Shown: positions 28,793 through 43,042 of the stretch, one piece after another
How the letters are laid out: each line of letters opens with the position of its first letter
Position numbering within the stretch: position 1 is the stretch's first letter
NCBI RefSeq assembly: GCF_041956535.1
Contig: NW_027192194.1
Coordinates: forward strand, 485,011-549,010
DNA: 64,000 bases
Direction of reading: 5' to 3'
DNA from: Calcarisporiella thermophila CBS 279.70
Taxonomy: Eukaryota; Fungi; Calcarisporiellomycota
Program-made: the position numbers and the translations under genes
The notes under the pieces: generated by a model
Seen by the model: the letters and a program-made list of their open reading frames with translations, nothing else
Told to the model about the DNA's origin: nothing
Databases searched by the model: none

Positions 28793-29406
28793 ATGGAGAA
28801 ATTTAAGGAGGTAATTTGACCTATTATACACATTATTTCATGCTTTCTTTTTCAACTTTTATTTCTGCAGAAACTTAACGTTCTTCGCAATGAAGTTGAT
28901 GCCGCCAACTTACGCGCTGAAGCTGCAGAACGACATGCCAAGCAGCTGGAGCTTGAAAACACGAATAAAGATCACGAAATCCATTCATTACAGACACGTT
29001 TGCTAAATTTGGAGGCAGAACTTGAACGTGCAGAGATACGAATCCGCGAAGCTAAGGCAATTGAGGAGGACGAGGCAAACTCGAAAAATCAGAATGAGAG
29101 TTTATTGCGAAAAATTGCCTTATTAGAAGGTGAGCTAGACAATGCCGAGAGAAATTTAAAGGAAATGACGCAAAAGTATGGCCTAGTGCTGGTCCACGTC
29201 AAAATATTTCTAATACTGACGATTTTTTTTATGTGAATATCAGTTTCCGTGAAGCCGACGTGAAAGCGGAGCACTTTGAACGCAAGATGCAGCAGATGGA
29301 AATTGAGCGCAACGAGTTGGAACGTAAGATAGAGGAGCTGACAGCCAAATATAGAGAATCGCAAGAAGAGCTCAACAACTTGCATAAGCAACTGGAGGAG
29401 ATATAA
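28793..29406 (+). CDS. TPM1: Tropomyosin (Cdc8/Tpm1-like); exons 28793-28810, 28871-29175, 29244-29406
   Basis: MEKFKE|KLNVLRNEVDAAN..., continuous coiled coil, RKIALLEGELD, READVKAEHFERK; about 160 aa, typical of fungal tropomyosin. Confidence 0.93.
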
Positions 29407-29786
29407 TGTGAGCCAAAATGTGGCACGCTATTTAATGTTATAATTAAATGTGATCTTAAGTTTCTACTTGTCCCCTATTTTTACAGCAAGTTCATGTTGG
29501 TTCTCTACTTTAGCCATGTGGAGATGAGATTGAACATTTTCTTGTTTCAGATGTGAGGCGTTCAATTCCCTAATTATTTACATTACTATTATCCAATATA
29601 TACTCAACTAAAGATATATGTGATATCACTTCGATGTTTATGTTATAACTCTGGCTTTGACATAAAGAAGACAGTAGTGTTGTAAATACCTGTATTCTGT
29701 CGAGACACCCAGATTCCAAGACACAAACGCGTAGCAATATAAAAGAAAAATTTTACATGAAAAGAAACACAAACTAAATTGCAAAT

Positions 29787-31217
29787 TTATTTGTAGAACT
29801 CGAAATCGACGTCTGTCTTTTTCACATTTGATTTATATCCCTTTTCAATATCCTTGCTTAGGATGACGTATCTGTTCTTACGCACTGCATGCATACCCGC
29901 CTCCTGGCAAATGGCGGCTATTTCTGCACCTGAAAGCTTATCAGGACGAGAGACAACTAGAATAAATATTGCACAGTTAACCATTGGCTCTAATGATGAT
30001 TTAGCAGCACTATTAACTTACAGTCTTCAAGGTCGACCTCTTCTGAGAGGTTCATCTTAGAGGTAATAGTTTGGAATATTAATCGCTTCTGTCGGCGATC
30101 TGGAGTCGGGAATTCGATCTTCCTGTCCAGACGGCCTGGTCGCAAAAGCGCAGGATCCAGTGTATCTGCACGATTTGTAGCCATGATCACTTTGATATTT
30201 GAAGTTTGATCGAACCCATCCATTTGATTGAGCAACTCTAGCAAAATTCTTTGAACTTCACGGTCTGCACCAGTCTGTGCATCGAATCGCTTCGTCGCAA
30301 TAGCATCGATTTCATCAATGAAGATAATGGATGGAGCATTTTCTCTCGCAAGACGAAACACATCACGCACCATCCGTGGGCCTTCACCAAGATACTTCTG
30401 AACGAATTCAGATCCAACAACACGGATAAAAGACGCAGTAGTGTGGTGCGCAACCGCTTTTACAAGCATAGTTTTACCTGTACCGGGAGGTCCATAGAGC
30501 AGCACACCTCGCGGCGGGTCAATACCAATTTGGCGGTAAAGATCAGCGTGAGTCAAAGGTAGCTCAACTGCCTCTCTAATCTCTTGCTTTTGCATGTCAA
30601 GACCACCAACATCTTGATATGTGACATCCGGCTTTTCATCAGCACCCAACATTGCAATACTACTATCGGCCTCGGGTGGGAGAACATCAACAAGGGCATT
30701 TGAATGACGATGTAATGCCACTGAAGATCCAGGTTTCAAAAGTTCGCGATCAATTGTGCTAAGAATTCGGACAGCTATTTAATTTTTAAAAGTTAGCGTA
30801 TAAAAATTGACATTGGCTATTACTAAATGCTGTTTTTTTTACCGTAATTGGATCCTGTAGTCGATCCAACAATTCCCGTATGCTGGTCAATTGCTTCTAA
30901 GAACTGACCGATCACAAGGGGAACGGATTGGATGCGACGTACTTCCTCCTGAGCGCGTACCAGTTCACCGCGTAAATTCTTCTGCTCATCCTTAATATAT
31001 TCTTCTTGCAATTCGAGAAATTCGAGATGTCGTTGCAGCTTCTTCAGCTTGACATAGAGATCTTCCTCGCTCAAATCTTCAAGAACGGAGATTTTAGTCG
31101 CGTCGGCAACGGACTCCTATATACATTATTAATCAGCTAACTCCATAATCTACAAAGAAATCAAAATTGTCAACAACATACATCCTTCTTAGACACAACA
31201 ATTCCGATTTCTTCCAT
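29787..31217 (-). CDS. RPT3: 26S proteasome AAA-ATPase subunit 6B
   Basis: [61 protein letters not shown]-terminal FEFYK. Confidence 0.98.
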
Positions 31218-31407
31218 GATTTTATATTATCTTTATAAAAACGAATCTGAACAAAATATTTCAAAATATGACTTGCCTCAGCTTACGCACGCCGAAATCA
31301 CTTATAGTACAGTACTAGAAATCCTTGGTGGCTTAGGTGAATCTATATCTAGATATCTTTTCGCGTTGTGGGGGCCAAGATAACATCGAATAGACATCAT
31401 TGTAATA
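31218..31407. promoter_or_regulatory. Compact bidirectional promoter, RPT3/ARC18
   Basis: Divergent ATGs 190 bp apart; contains TTGGTGGCTTAG (31325-31336) and a TTTTCGCG. Confidence 0.6.
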
Positions 31408-32187
31408 ATGCCAGTAAGTTATCTATCAATTGATATTTGATTGCTGAAAACGTCCTCTAATAATGATGATCCCATGTTGCAGGCGTATCATTCTCAATTC
31501 AATGAAGCGACTGAATTTCGATCGCTAGGGAACATGGTAATGCTTCCCATTAAAACAAAAGTTCGTGGACCTGCACCTCCCCCAAGTAAGTATATAGTAC
31601 AAAACGGCAAACCTTTTTAAGAGGTTTACCGGGATGATGAATATTTTATTTTCTCTTTATTCACTTTTTCATTTTGATGATATATCTATATTTTATCAGG
31701 TGATCCCACTGCAGATGATATAATTGACGAAGCCCTCGATCTCTTCCGCGCGAATTGCTTCTTCCGCAATTTCGAAATTAAGGGACAAGCAGACCGTGTA
31801 CTTATCTATCTCATCCTCTTCATCTCTGAATGCCTCAATAAACTTGCAACAAAGCCTTCCTCTCAAGGGGATGCAGTCAAGACACTTAATACTGTCGCAC
31901 TACAGAACTTTGCTATTCCAGGGGATCCAAATTTCCCTTTGAATGCATTGTATCAAGCGCCAAAAGACCGTAATGAATCCGGTAAGCAAAATATAAAATA
32001 TGATGTAGCTTCATTGCATTAGGCGCTTGTTAATCTATTAAATGAAATAGATATTTTGCGACAATATATGAGCCAGCTGCGTCAAGAGCTAGCGAATCGT
32101 TTGGTGGAGCGTGTTTATGTGGACGGGAAGCCAAGCAAGTGGTGGATGTGTTTTGCAAAGCGAAAGTTCATGAACAAGTCGCTTTAA
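31408..32187 (+). CDS. ARC18: Arp2/3 complex subunit 3 (p21-Arc), multi-exon
   Basis: MP|[78 protein letters not shown]. Confidence 0.97.
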
Positions 32188-32805
32188 TCTTTCTCGTTTC
32201 ATTTTGGTTTATCTTCAGAATAAATTTGACAATTATTTTCACATAATATCCTATCATAGCTGTAAATTCGACCATCGGGTATAGGATAGTCTGCTTTTTA
32301 GGTGGCATACTGTCACGTTACTTATATAATAAGCTATGTCGACTGGTATTGTTCTAAGTTGACATACATGGTGGCGGCAATAGCTTGACTTTTTGTGCAA
32401 TTGGGTGAGAGTTTTTTCAAAGAGCTTTCTACGAAAGAATAGGTAGGTATAACTTAAAGCAAAGGAGGAAGAATCGCACCAAATATGAAGTTATTGTTGT
32501 ACTCTTAATGGAGCGTCTATAATTTTCGTTTTTCAGATGGGTCAAATATATTACAAAATGCTTCGGATTTTTAAAAGCCTATATTTCAGTAGCTTCGATA
32601 GAAATTTGGCCTGAATAATTGCCTGGGGACGGGAGACTAATTAATGCTTCCCAGTGGTCTATTCCATTTGATTTCTCCCCGCTCTAAATTTTAAGTGCCA
32701 CCAAACATTCTCCGAAGGCTCAAATTCTCTTAGCTATACATTTGCAAATTCTACTCTTATTAAGTATCCTTTCTCTATTATATTCTCTGCTGAACAACTC
32801 TCAGC

Positions 32806-35243
32806 ATGACTATTCCCATCCAAGCTTATATTGGTATATATGTTTAATTTTGTCAAGAAATATTAGCATTAATTTATCCCATCTAATATTTACTTATAGA
32901 TCGCGCTTGCGATCCAATGCGTTACGAGCCCGATCTGGCACTCAATCTCGAGATCTGTGATATTATCGTTAAAAAAGCTGGAAATACGTAAGTTTTTAGC
33001 TTATTATATAATATCGTTAAAGATATTGCTTTCGACCGCTTTGGAATTGGATTTTTTTTTTGACAAATTTATGAAATGAATTTTTATATTTGTCAAATAT
33101 ATTATAGACCTCGCGATGCCGCAATGCACATCGTGAAACTGATCAATAATCGCAACTTAAATGTATCGTTACTTGCACTGACAGTAAGATCTCCTGCACT
33201 AGTTTCATTTTTTAAGCTTTGAATTTCATTCTGACCTCGACTTTTTTTCTCAGCTCCTCGACCACTGTGTCAAGAACTGTGGCTACCCTTTTCATCTGCA
33301 AATAGCCACCAAGGAATTTCTCAATGAACTAGTCAAACGATTTCCAGAACGACCGCCTGCTGTTCCTAATGCTTCAATGCATCGCATCTTGCAAATGATT
33401 GGCGAATGGAAGATGACCTTGTGCAGCAATTCTCGACATCGAGAGGATCTTATCCACATCAAAGATATGTATAGGTTGCTTTCTTTTAAGGGATATAGAT
33501 TCCCGGCAATGCGCGATGACTCCGTGGCCGCACTAAATCCCAGTGAGAATCTGAAATCAGCCGAAGAACTTGAAGAGGAGGATCGGGTAGCTCAGTCGGC
33601 GGTATATGTTTATTTTATATATACTAAAATAGAAAATTTGGGGCAAGACCTGACGATTTCCTATATAGAAATTGCAAGAGTTGATTCGAAGAGGAAGACC
33701 AGAGGATTTGGTTAAAGCTAATGAGTTAATGAAGATAATGGTTGGATATGTAAGTAAGCGTACGCTATTATCCATTGAGAATGACGCGTCTGAATTTTTT
33801 CTTGTTTTGCTTTAGGAAAAAAGAGGTCGGCCAAACTATAGACAACAAATGAACGAGCAGCTCGAAAAAATTCATCAAAAAGCCCTCTTACTTAATGATA
33901 TGCTCTCGAATGTGAGACCTGGAGATAATATCGGTGGTGATATCTATGAGGTAGAAAAAAATCATTTCTTCGTCATTTTGTTATGAAGTGGATCTATAAT
34001 CTCTGGACTGTTTTAGGAAATGGCATCCGCTTGTAAAGTTGCACAGTCAAAACTACAAAAGATAATAGGAGATGAGGAAAACCCTGAAAGCATAGAGAAA
34101 TTATTGATGATCAACGACACGATCAACAGCGTGCTTGACAACTACGCGAACATTCGAAATGGTATTTACTCGACAGAGCCAGGTGCTTCCCCTATTGCAC
34201 CAGGGTAAATATTATTAGTGCTCAGCTAATTTATTTCTGAATTTGAGGCTAATGTATAATGTCGTAGCAACATGGAAAAGCAAATTGCTGCAGTCACTGC
34301 CTCGCTTATTGATCTTGACGACTTTGGAACAGGCACTGAAAATACCCCACAGCAAAATCAGGCAAATTCTGGTGACGGTGCTTCGAATTTGGTGGATGAT
34401 TTACTCGGCCTTTCATTTAATGATAATTCAGCAAGTACTGGTTTTGGTATCGGTGGCAACATTGCGTTGCCTTTGGGAGGTGCATCTCAAGGTAAACACG
34501 CTTTTTTTGAATCAAACTTCCTAAGATAGTAGCCTTATTTCCAAACTTAACAGCTATTTCGAACCCCCCTTCCACAGGATTACAAGTTGGTATGCCTACC
34601 TCCCTTTCGCAACCCACCTCGGGTGGTATGTTTAGTGTTTTGGATATCTACCTGGATGTTCCTCCTAATATTCTTTCCATCTGTAATTTTAGTGAATCCA
34701 GTGAATGCCAGTGCATTTAATACGAATCCAGCTTCCCAGAATCTTGACTTTTTCTCCTCAACTCCCGCTAAACCAATTTCTCCTACGCCTAGCAATGACT
34801 CCTGGGCATTCGCGAGTCCCCGTCCACAATCAGCTAACAGTGTCGGGTCGAATTCGTCACAAACCGCATCTATACCTTCCTCTGTCTCTGCCAATGCTCC
34901 TTCCAACAGTTTTTCCGTTATGCTGATGGACAAAAATGGACTACGTGTTGAGCTAGACGTGAAGCGCGGAGATAGCAATGTCCAGCTACACACTCGATTC
35001 TCCAACACTACAACTGTTCCTATGAATGACCTTACTTTTCATCTTGCTGTACCTAAAAGCCAGCAACTTCGAATGGAGCGTCAATCATCCCATGTTCTCC
35101 CCCCACTCTCCCAGGATGGCGTTACTCAGATGATACACATCCAAAACCCGAATCGTGAGCCATTGCGGATACGGTACAAGGTAAATTACACGCAAAACGG
35201 TGTAAAACTCGAAGAAACTGGAGAATTCTCAAAGTTTTCTTGA
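32806..35243 (+). CDS. GGA clathrin adaptor (VHS-GAT-GAE), multi-exon
   Basis: I|DRACDPMRYEPDLALNLEIC, CVKNCGYPFHLQIATKEFLNELVKRFPERPP, MYRLLSFKGY, LKSAEELEEED, clathrin-box-like SLIDLD, GAE FHLAVPKSQQLRME. Confidence 0.95.
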
Positions 35244-35949
35244 GAATAATATGATGCTGCAATTTCTTATCTGTTATTTATAAATTTTCCTTTTCTCTTT
35301 TATTCATTGTTATTTTCTTCATCTCATAGCTGGTTGAGAATATATACACGATGGGTCGGGTAATCCGTACCCCCCCTTTATTTTTGGAATTACAAATAAT
35401 TATGGGCGGTTTTTTTTTCATGCATTATTCATGCATATTAAAGGAAAAGATGCGCCGAATACTTTAGATAATATCAACATCTTTTATTGTCAATTATAGG
35501 TCCAAACAATATGTAGTGCTTTAGTTTGCTAAAAGGCAGTTATAATCAATTCAACTACGAAGGAAGTTAAAGCCTTTTCTGTCTGACGAGCTCTTATGTT
35601 ATCATGATAGGCACAAGTATATGCGCCCAAATCAAATTTCAACTAGATCATTCTATCTGGAATAAATGCCAGTTATTGCATTGCCTTTGATATTTTGGGC
35701 ATAATTTCTTGGATAATTGATAATATTGTATTTTATAATTTCAAAATCTTAATTTAAGAAATTTGTGACTAAATTTTGAGCATTCACTTTCAAAAGGGAA
35801 TAAAGGAAGCATAGTGCAACTTGCACCACTTTCATGGCACTCTTCAAGATATAATCCAAAATTGTCCTTGCTCTTATATTCATTTGCTTTGATTTTACTG
35901 CCTCTTTTTGGAAAAATCTCCTATTTCATTTTGTTCGCGACGGTAGGGC

Positions 35950-38900
35950 ATGGCAGATCCACGCGATGATACCGAGCTAGACTCGCCACCCGCCGTGCGC
36001 AGATCCGCAAATAATGTCGCTAACTCCCGACAGCTTACTTCGCCCCTTGTGGATCTCGAGAGATCTACATCCCCTGTAGCTTCTTCACTCGATCGCTCTG
36101 ACGCAATTGAATTCGATGACATGCAACGTCAAGTTGCAGAGGCATTGCGAAACAAGCTGTAGGTTTTAAAATTGCTAACATTTTTCATATAATATTTTAC
36201 TTAATTGTGAATATGTGATAGAAATGATGTTGACGATGACTTTACATTTAAGCGAATTCATGTTCCAAAATCTGGTCGCTTCCATCGCGCTCCTTCACCA
36301 TCGCCTCTCTTTTCGCATCACTCTTCCTCTACCTCTCAGATTCAGCAAAACAAAAGCGATGAAGATGATTTTAATGATGGCGATTGGGTCGTTGAGGGTA
36401 CCGGGCGTCGCGTGACCTATGATGATTTCACTACGATCGACTGGATACATGATTTTGCTAAGGAGCGCGTGAGGCAACGAAGATTACGATCACAAAAGGG
36501 CATATATCGACAGTTATGGGCAGCATTCGATTCAACACAAGCTTGGATTATCATTTTGGGCGTCGCAATTGCAACTGGCTGGTTAGCAGCATTTATTGAT
36601 ATCTCTACAGAGTGGTTAGGAGACCTGAAAGAGGGATATTGTGGTACCGGATTTTATTTGAATCGAAAATTCTGCTGCTGGGGTATAGAAGGTAAGGCTG
36701 TGGATACAAGGTTATGATGGTTGCTATATTTCATTTTTCTTCTTTCATCAGAGAACGAGCCATGCAGTTTCTGGGTATCATGGGGGGACCTTGTATCTGG
36801 TTCTAGTACAGGAAAATTCTTTTTATCCTATCTCTTTTATGTGATCTTCGCAATAGTATTTGCAACTACAGCATCTGTGCTAGTGGTGAATTTTGCCCCA
36901 TATGCTGCGGGCAGTGGGATACCCGAAGTAAAAACAATATTGGGGGGATTCGTGATTCGAAAGTTCCTAGGGCTCTGGACCCTATGCGTGAAGAGTGTTG
37001 GGCTGGTGAGTAAAAAAATAAGGCTAGTTATTAATTACGCGAGTTAAAATCTTCTTTTTAGGTGCTCGCGACAGCTTCCGGGTTGAGTATCGGTAAAGAA
37101 GGTCCGCTTGTGCATGTCGCTTGTTGCTGCGGAAATGTGTTCCCTAGATTGTTCGAAAAATATCGGAATAATGAGGCCAAGAAACGCGAGATTCTATCAG
37201 CTGCTTCGGCCGCAGGTATCTCGGTCGCATTTGGAGCCCCAATTGGGGGTGTGTTATTCAGTTTAGAGGTAACGGGATTTTCGCTCTTGGTGTTCGTTAT
37301 AAAGTGAATAAACATTAATTCTATTTTCGTTGAAACATAGGAGGTGTCTTCGTATTTCCCGTCAAAAACAATGTGGAGAAGTTTCTTTTGTGCGCTGGTG
37401 GCATCGGTTGTATTGCAGGTAGTCACCCTATTATATCCTTGTGAATTAAATATAACTTGGTGTGATTGATGCTTTTGCTTTTTTTTTTTGGTAGCTTATG
37501 AATCCCTTTCGAACTGGCAAACTCGTGCTTTTTCAAGTTTCTTATGACCGCAATTGGCATGGGTTTGAGATGATATTTTTTGTAATCTTGGGAGTGCTGG
37601 GAGGACTCTTCGGCGCATTCTTCACCCATCTTAACCTGCGCATCACTGAATACCGCAAATCAACTTGGATTAGACATTTTCCAATTGAAGAGGTAGTTAT
37701 AGTGACTCTTGCGAGCTCTTTATTCGGCTATTTAAATAGATTTATGCGGTAAATATTTGACTATTAAGGCATATCTAATTTTATATGCATGCTGATGTTG
37801 TTTCTTGGTACAGGGTGAGCTCATCCGATTTACTTGGCAGTTTATTTCGAGAGTGCGAAAGGAGCAGCAAATTTGGCCTTTGCAAGTAAGCGTTGACATG
37901 AGATGTTCACTTGTGTGTGATCACATACTAACCTTATGTATTAGCTCTGATGATTTCCTTTCAATAGCCCTTCTTCTAATCTTAGCAGGCACCCTAAAAA
38001 TATTCTTCACTGCTGTTACGTTTGGGACAAAAGTGCCTGCAGGTGTTCTCACTCCTTCCATGGCCATCGGTGCTTGCTTTGGACGGGCACTTGGCCTTCT
38101 TATCCAGGCCTGGCAGCGATACCACCATGGTTTTTGGTTATTTGCCAGCTGCAAGCCCGATATGCCTTGTGTCACACCTGGAACTTATGCAATGGTGGGA
38201 GCTGCGGCTGCCCTCGGGGGAGTGACACGCATGACGGGTTAGAATGCATTTCGCCACAAGTGCGTAAATCATGCTGTATTGAACTAACATGCTATTATCC
38301 CAGTTTCCCTTGTGGTTATCATGTTTGAGTTGACGGGTGCTCTGACTTATGTTTTGCCCATTATGATTGCAGGTAAGCTTGTTATATTCGATTACCATTA
38401 TTATCCGCCCCTTAATATGCCTTTTCCTTCTAGTTATGATTAGCAAATGGGTGGGCGATGCATTTGGCAAGGAAAGTATCTACGATGGCATCATTCGACT
38501 GAACGGCTTTCCATATCTCAACAGTAAGGAAGAGTATGTGCATCACACTCTTGCTTCGGACGTCATGACAAGAGTAGATGATTTAGTGCTGATCACAGCC
38601 ACAGGAATGACGATTGAGAATTTGGGTAGGTTATTTGCTTCCATTACATCTATTTTCGTATCAATTAACTATTGATTGTAGATGAGCTTTTACATGAGAC
38701 TGACTACAAGGGATTCCCCGTCGTAAATTCTTTGGGGGATTTAGCCCTAGTGGGCTACATTTCACGATCTGAACTTCGATACGCTCTTGGTACATCTTTG
38801 GCAACATATAGTTGAGTTTTGTCGTTCACCTTAACAATTATCAATTGTTTTTGTAGAGGAAGCGCGGACTAAATCAAACGTAGATGCCTCATCACCTTGC

Positions 38901-39363
38901 TATTTTACAAGTAACTTCCCTATCTTAGAGAGTAGCGCATTCGTAGATCTAAGGCCATGGATGGACCTAGTAAATATCAAAGTTGCTTTTTCTGCTGTAT
39001 CTATTAAATTATTGACCTTCGGGTTAAATTATATCAGACACCAATTACGGCTTCCTATAAGTCACCTATGATTCTTATCGTAGACCTATTTCAAAAAATG
39101 GTATACCAATTTTTTTTTTTGGAAATAACCAGTGAGAATGGATGGTCTAACTATTGTTCTTCTTACAGGGAATCCGCTATGTCCTCCTTACCATGCGTGG
39201 CCAGCTGATGGGTCTAATCACGAAAAAGGATGTTTTAAGGCATCTCGCGATCCTTGAGCACCCTCAGTTCGACACTGCAGGGTTCATTGTAGGGGATGGA
39301 TCTGCGGCGAATTTAATATCTTTTGAGAGGCGGTTATCGCAGGCGTCTTCAATGATGGATTAG
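35950..39363 (+). CDS. CLC chloride/proton antiporter (Gef1/ClC-3-like) with CBS domains, multi-exon
   Basis: [34 protein letters not shown]|[15 protein letters not shown] segments ([13 protein letters not shown]). Confidence 0.96.
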
Positions 39364-39731
39364 TGTGAGATCTGTAAACTGGAGTTGTGTATTATTCTCT
39401 ATCTTAGATAAATATATGATATCAAATATCATGCTCGACTACGAGCAACTCAATTTTGGAAGCCGAGTTTACGACCGATAGCAGAAAAATCACTTATCTT
39501 TCGAATACAGACTAAGTGAGGATAGGGAATGAAAATTTGAAGCACAAAGATTTCGAGTGGTGAACTTGAACACATCTGAATATGAAAAATGTTAACCCAT
39601 CGAGGTATCTGATGTTTGAATAGATATTAGATCTTGATTAATCATCACAGCAAATATTCTACAATGACAGCAGCATAAATATAGTCTCTATAAAACAAGT
39701 GATAAAAAAAAAAGATAATTCTACGTGCCCA

Positions 39732-40451
39732 TCAGCTATTCTTCCTTCTCTGATGGGGTAATGTAAGGCTAGAAGTAAAGGTGCCCGCCAACACCAACAT
39801 AATTCCAAATGCTGTACAAGTTTTCCAGAACCGACCAAATGAGCCTTCGCCTGCCTTTTCTTGGCTTTTTTCGCGCTCCCACTGACGTCTTTGCGCAGCC
39901 TGCGCACGTAGCTCCTCCCCGTAGTGCTTTTCGTAGTGCTCCTTGTGGTTGAAGCTCCCCGGCTTTACCCCAAAGGGAGTAGCGCTCACTGTGGGACTGC
40001 GTCGTATTGGCCTTGAGGCTGAGAAACGACTCCTGGATACTGACGCATGTCGTGCGCTACTTCCCCGATTAATCGTGCGGTCATACTCTCTTCTAGACGC
40101 CTCGTGTCCAAGGATCGAATATGCTTCGCTATAAATAATACAGCAAATCGTCGGCTAGAGAACGAAGCTAGAACGGCAGTAGAATAATTACCTAATTTTT
40201 AAGAATTTCTTATGCGCTTCTTCGCTATTGTTTCGATCTGGATGGTATTTGAGTGATAATTTGTAGAATTGCGATTTGATTTTTTTTCCATCTGCATCGG
40301 GATGGCATTCAAGTGCCTCATAATGATTGCGAAGGATAATTGAGGTACTGAAATGGCGGGGATAAAACTGTGACATGCGAGATGCACACTGCGATTGTTT
40401 TAAAACCTGTGCGCATATCTTGGTTGAATGCCATTGATGCAGGCCTGCCAT
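39732..40451 (-). CDS. DnaJ-domain protein with probable mitochondrial presequence and C-terminal TM; 2 exons
   Basis: RHFSTS presequence-like segment, NHYEAL...IKSQFYKLSLKYHPDRN...FLKIS|EAYSILG...RREYD, C-terminal hydrophobic stretch AFGIMLVLAGTF. Confidence 0.88.
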
Positions 40452-40602
40452 TTTACATATCTATCTTAAAAATCATGCCAGATAATTTTTATACTGGTAA
40501 CTAAATGAAATCGCTTGGTGGCTAAGATTTTTATAATCGTAGACAGGATTTTAGTTTCTCTGTTTGTTTTCAACGCGTCAACAGATCTGACGGCAAACCA
40601 TA
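40452..40602. promoter_or_regulatory. Compact bidirectional promoter, DnaJ/POB3
   Basis: Divergent ATGs about 150 bp apart; TTGGTGGCTAAG (40515-40526) and MCB-like ACGCGT (40573-40578). Confidence 0.6.
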
Positions 40603-42783
40603 ATGGGAGATAGGCAATACGATTTCGACGATATATATCTCGGAATGCAGCGAGATGCGGGCCGCTTACGGCTGGCACCAAGCGGCGTTGGATGGAAAGC
40701 GGGTGAAAAAATGCTTACCGTCCCAATTGCAGATATAAAAAAGATCCACTGGCTACGAGTAGCACGCGATTTCCAACTACGCATCACATTACGCAATGGC
40801 AATGTAGTCAAGTTTGACGGATTCAAGAAAGATGTAACGATGATTATTATGAATAATTGTCACCTTTTTTCAGGCTGTGTACTGATCAGAGTTTTTTTTT
40901 TCTCTCTCTGCTGTAGGATTTCGAGGAGTTAAAATCAATCATAAAATCTCTGTATCATTTACAACTGGAAAATAAGGAGCTCAGCCTTAAGGGTTGGAAC
41001 TGGGGACAAACGGATTTCCAGGGATCTCAGCTCCTCTTTAATGTTTCAAATCGCACGATGTTTGAGCTGCCATTAGATGAAGTCACAGACACCAATCTTA
41101 CATCAAAAAATGAAGTGAGCCTAGAGTTTGTTTTATCCGATCAGTCTTCTGGTGGGAAAAAAGGCCGCGTGGCTTCCGATGTGGACCAGCTGGTGGAAAT
41201 GCGATTGTTTATTCCTGGGACTGTGGTTAAGGAGGAGACTGATGACATCGAGAATAAAGAGGGTGAGGACGGGGAGGAGGAGATTAGTGCAGCACAAGCA
41301 TTCTATGACATGGTGAAAACGAAAGCAGATTTGGGCCAGGTCACTGGCGAGGGTATTGTTTCCTTCTCTGAAGTGTTATTCCTTACACCACGGTAGGCTA
41401 TCCTGATACCACTTCTTTATCGAAGCTCCCTAAACTTTTTTTTTTACTCTCTCAGTGGGCGATATGAAATCGATATGTACCCCGACTTCTTGCGGTTGCG
41501 CGGAAAAACCTATGACTACAAGATTGTTTACGACAATATTATCAAACTTTTCTTATTACCAAAGCCAGACGACCTTCATGTCGTCTTTGTGGTATGTCTC
41601 GTTATTAGCTAGATCCCTAAGATGCAATGGCAAAATAGTATTAAATCTCTAATTTTTTTCCTTTCTTTTTTTTTTTTTAGATTGGACTAGACCCTCCTTT
41701 GCGACAAGGCCAGACTCGGTATCCATTCTTGGTGCTGCAGTTTATTCGAGATGAAGAGCTAGAGGTTACCCTGAATTTAGATGAGTATGTATTTTTTATA
41801 TCCTTTTACCGTTAGCTTTTCTAAACCAAATTTTCTTATGTACCTATTATAACAGCGAAACGATTAATGAGAAGTATGAGGGTAAATTGCAAAAGTCATA
41901 TGACGCACCAACCTATGAAGTGGTGAGCACAATCTTCCGCGGACTTGCAGGCAGGAAAGTCACTGTTCCTGGAAGTTATAAGAGGTAATTCTCTAAATTT
42001 AACTATCATCCACAAGGGAAACTTGACTCTTTTTTTTTCTGCTGGAATTAATAGCCACCACGGTGCAGCGGGTATCAAAGCATCAATGAAAGCAAACGAG
42101 GGTCACCTCTATCCGCTCGAGAAATGCTTCCTGTTCATTCCGAAACCTACCACCTTTATTCCTCATCAGGAAATTGAAAGCGTAGTATTTTCACGGCAAG
42201 TTTTTCATATATTTTGAAGAGATATATAGAGCTTTTGTTAATTCCCACTATTCGATTGTTTTTTTTTTAGTGTTGGAACTTCGTTGACAAGTTCAAGAAC
42301 CTTCGATCTTAAATTCAACATGCGGAGCGGCCAAGACTATCAATTTTCAAGTATTAACAGGTATTCAGCGAGAACTTATCCTTCTAGATGTGATTTATTG
42401 CTTATCATATGGGTTTTTTTTTTAAAGAGAGGAGCATGCAACCTTAGACGAGTTCCTTAAGAGTAAGAAAATCAAGATCAAGAACGAGCTCAACGAGGAC
42501 ACTGTTGTTAGCTATGCTGAGCTGGGCGAAGAAAGCGAGTCAGACGAAGAAGCTGGAGGGGGACGAAAGAGGCGTCGGACTGAGGGTGAAGACATGGATG
42601 AAGATGAGAGTGGTAATTATATTTCTTGTGGGCTAAATCATAACGAGTTACTCACGCTACTCTTGCTCTCTACTCTTAGTTGACGAAGATTTCGTTGCAG
42701 AGGAATCGGAATCCGACGTGGCCGAAGAGTATGATTCCGAGGCAGGATCCGACGAAGAGAATGCCGAAGAGGACGAGGAGTAG
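40603..42783 (+). CDS. POB3: FACT complex subunit Pob3/SSRP1, multi-exon
   Basis: [28 protein letters not shown]|[51 protein letters not shown], acidic tail. Confidence 0.97.
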
Positions 42784-43042
42784 TTACCCGAAGCGCATGC
42801 TTAAAGGTACTACTCCGTTTTTCTATATTTTTTCTTTTTTCCACTAAGCTATAACTAAGATAGCCTTGTTTTGTAAGAAACTTAATTCTTTGAATAAAAT
42901 GACTGTAAGTTTTATATAAAGTTCGAAGTGTGAAAATAAAGGTGATGCAAATCCAAAGAGTACAGCAAGATAGTATAATAAATATTTAAACAGTGGTAGG
43001 AGAAAAATAATCTTTTGCGATTATGAAAATAGAAATTAAAAC

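Noticed and set aside
32764-32804. GTATCCTT, a U12-type 5' splice-site look-alike upstream of GGA
   Set aside because: No CCTTAAC branch site and only about 40 nt to the next AG. None of the introns I examined had a U12 donor.
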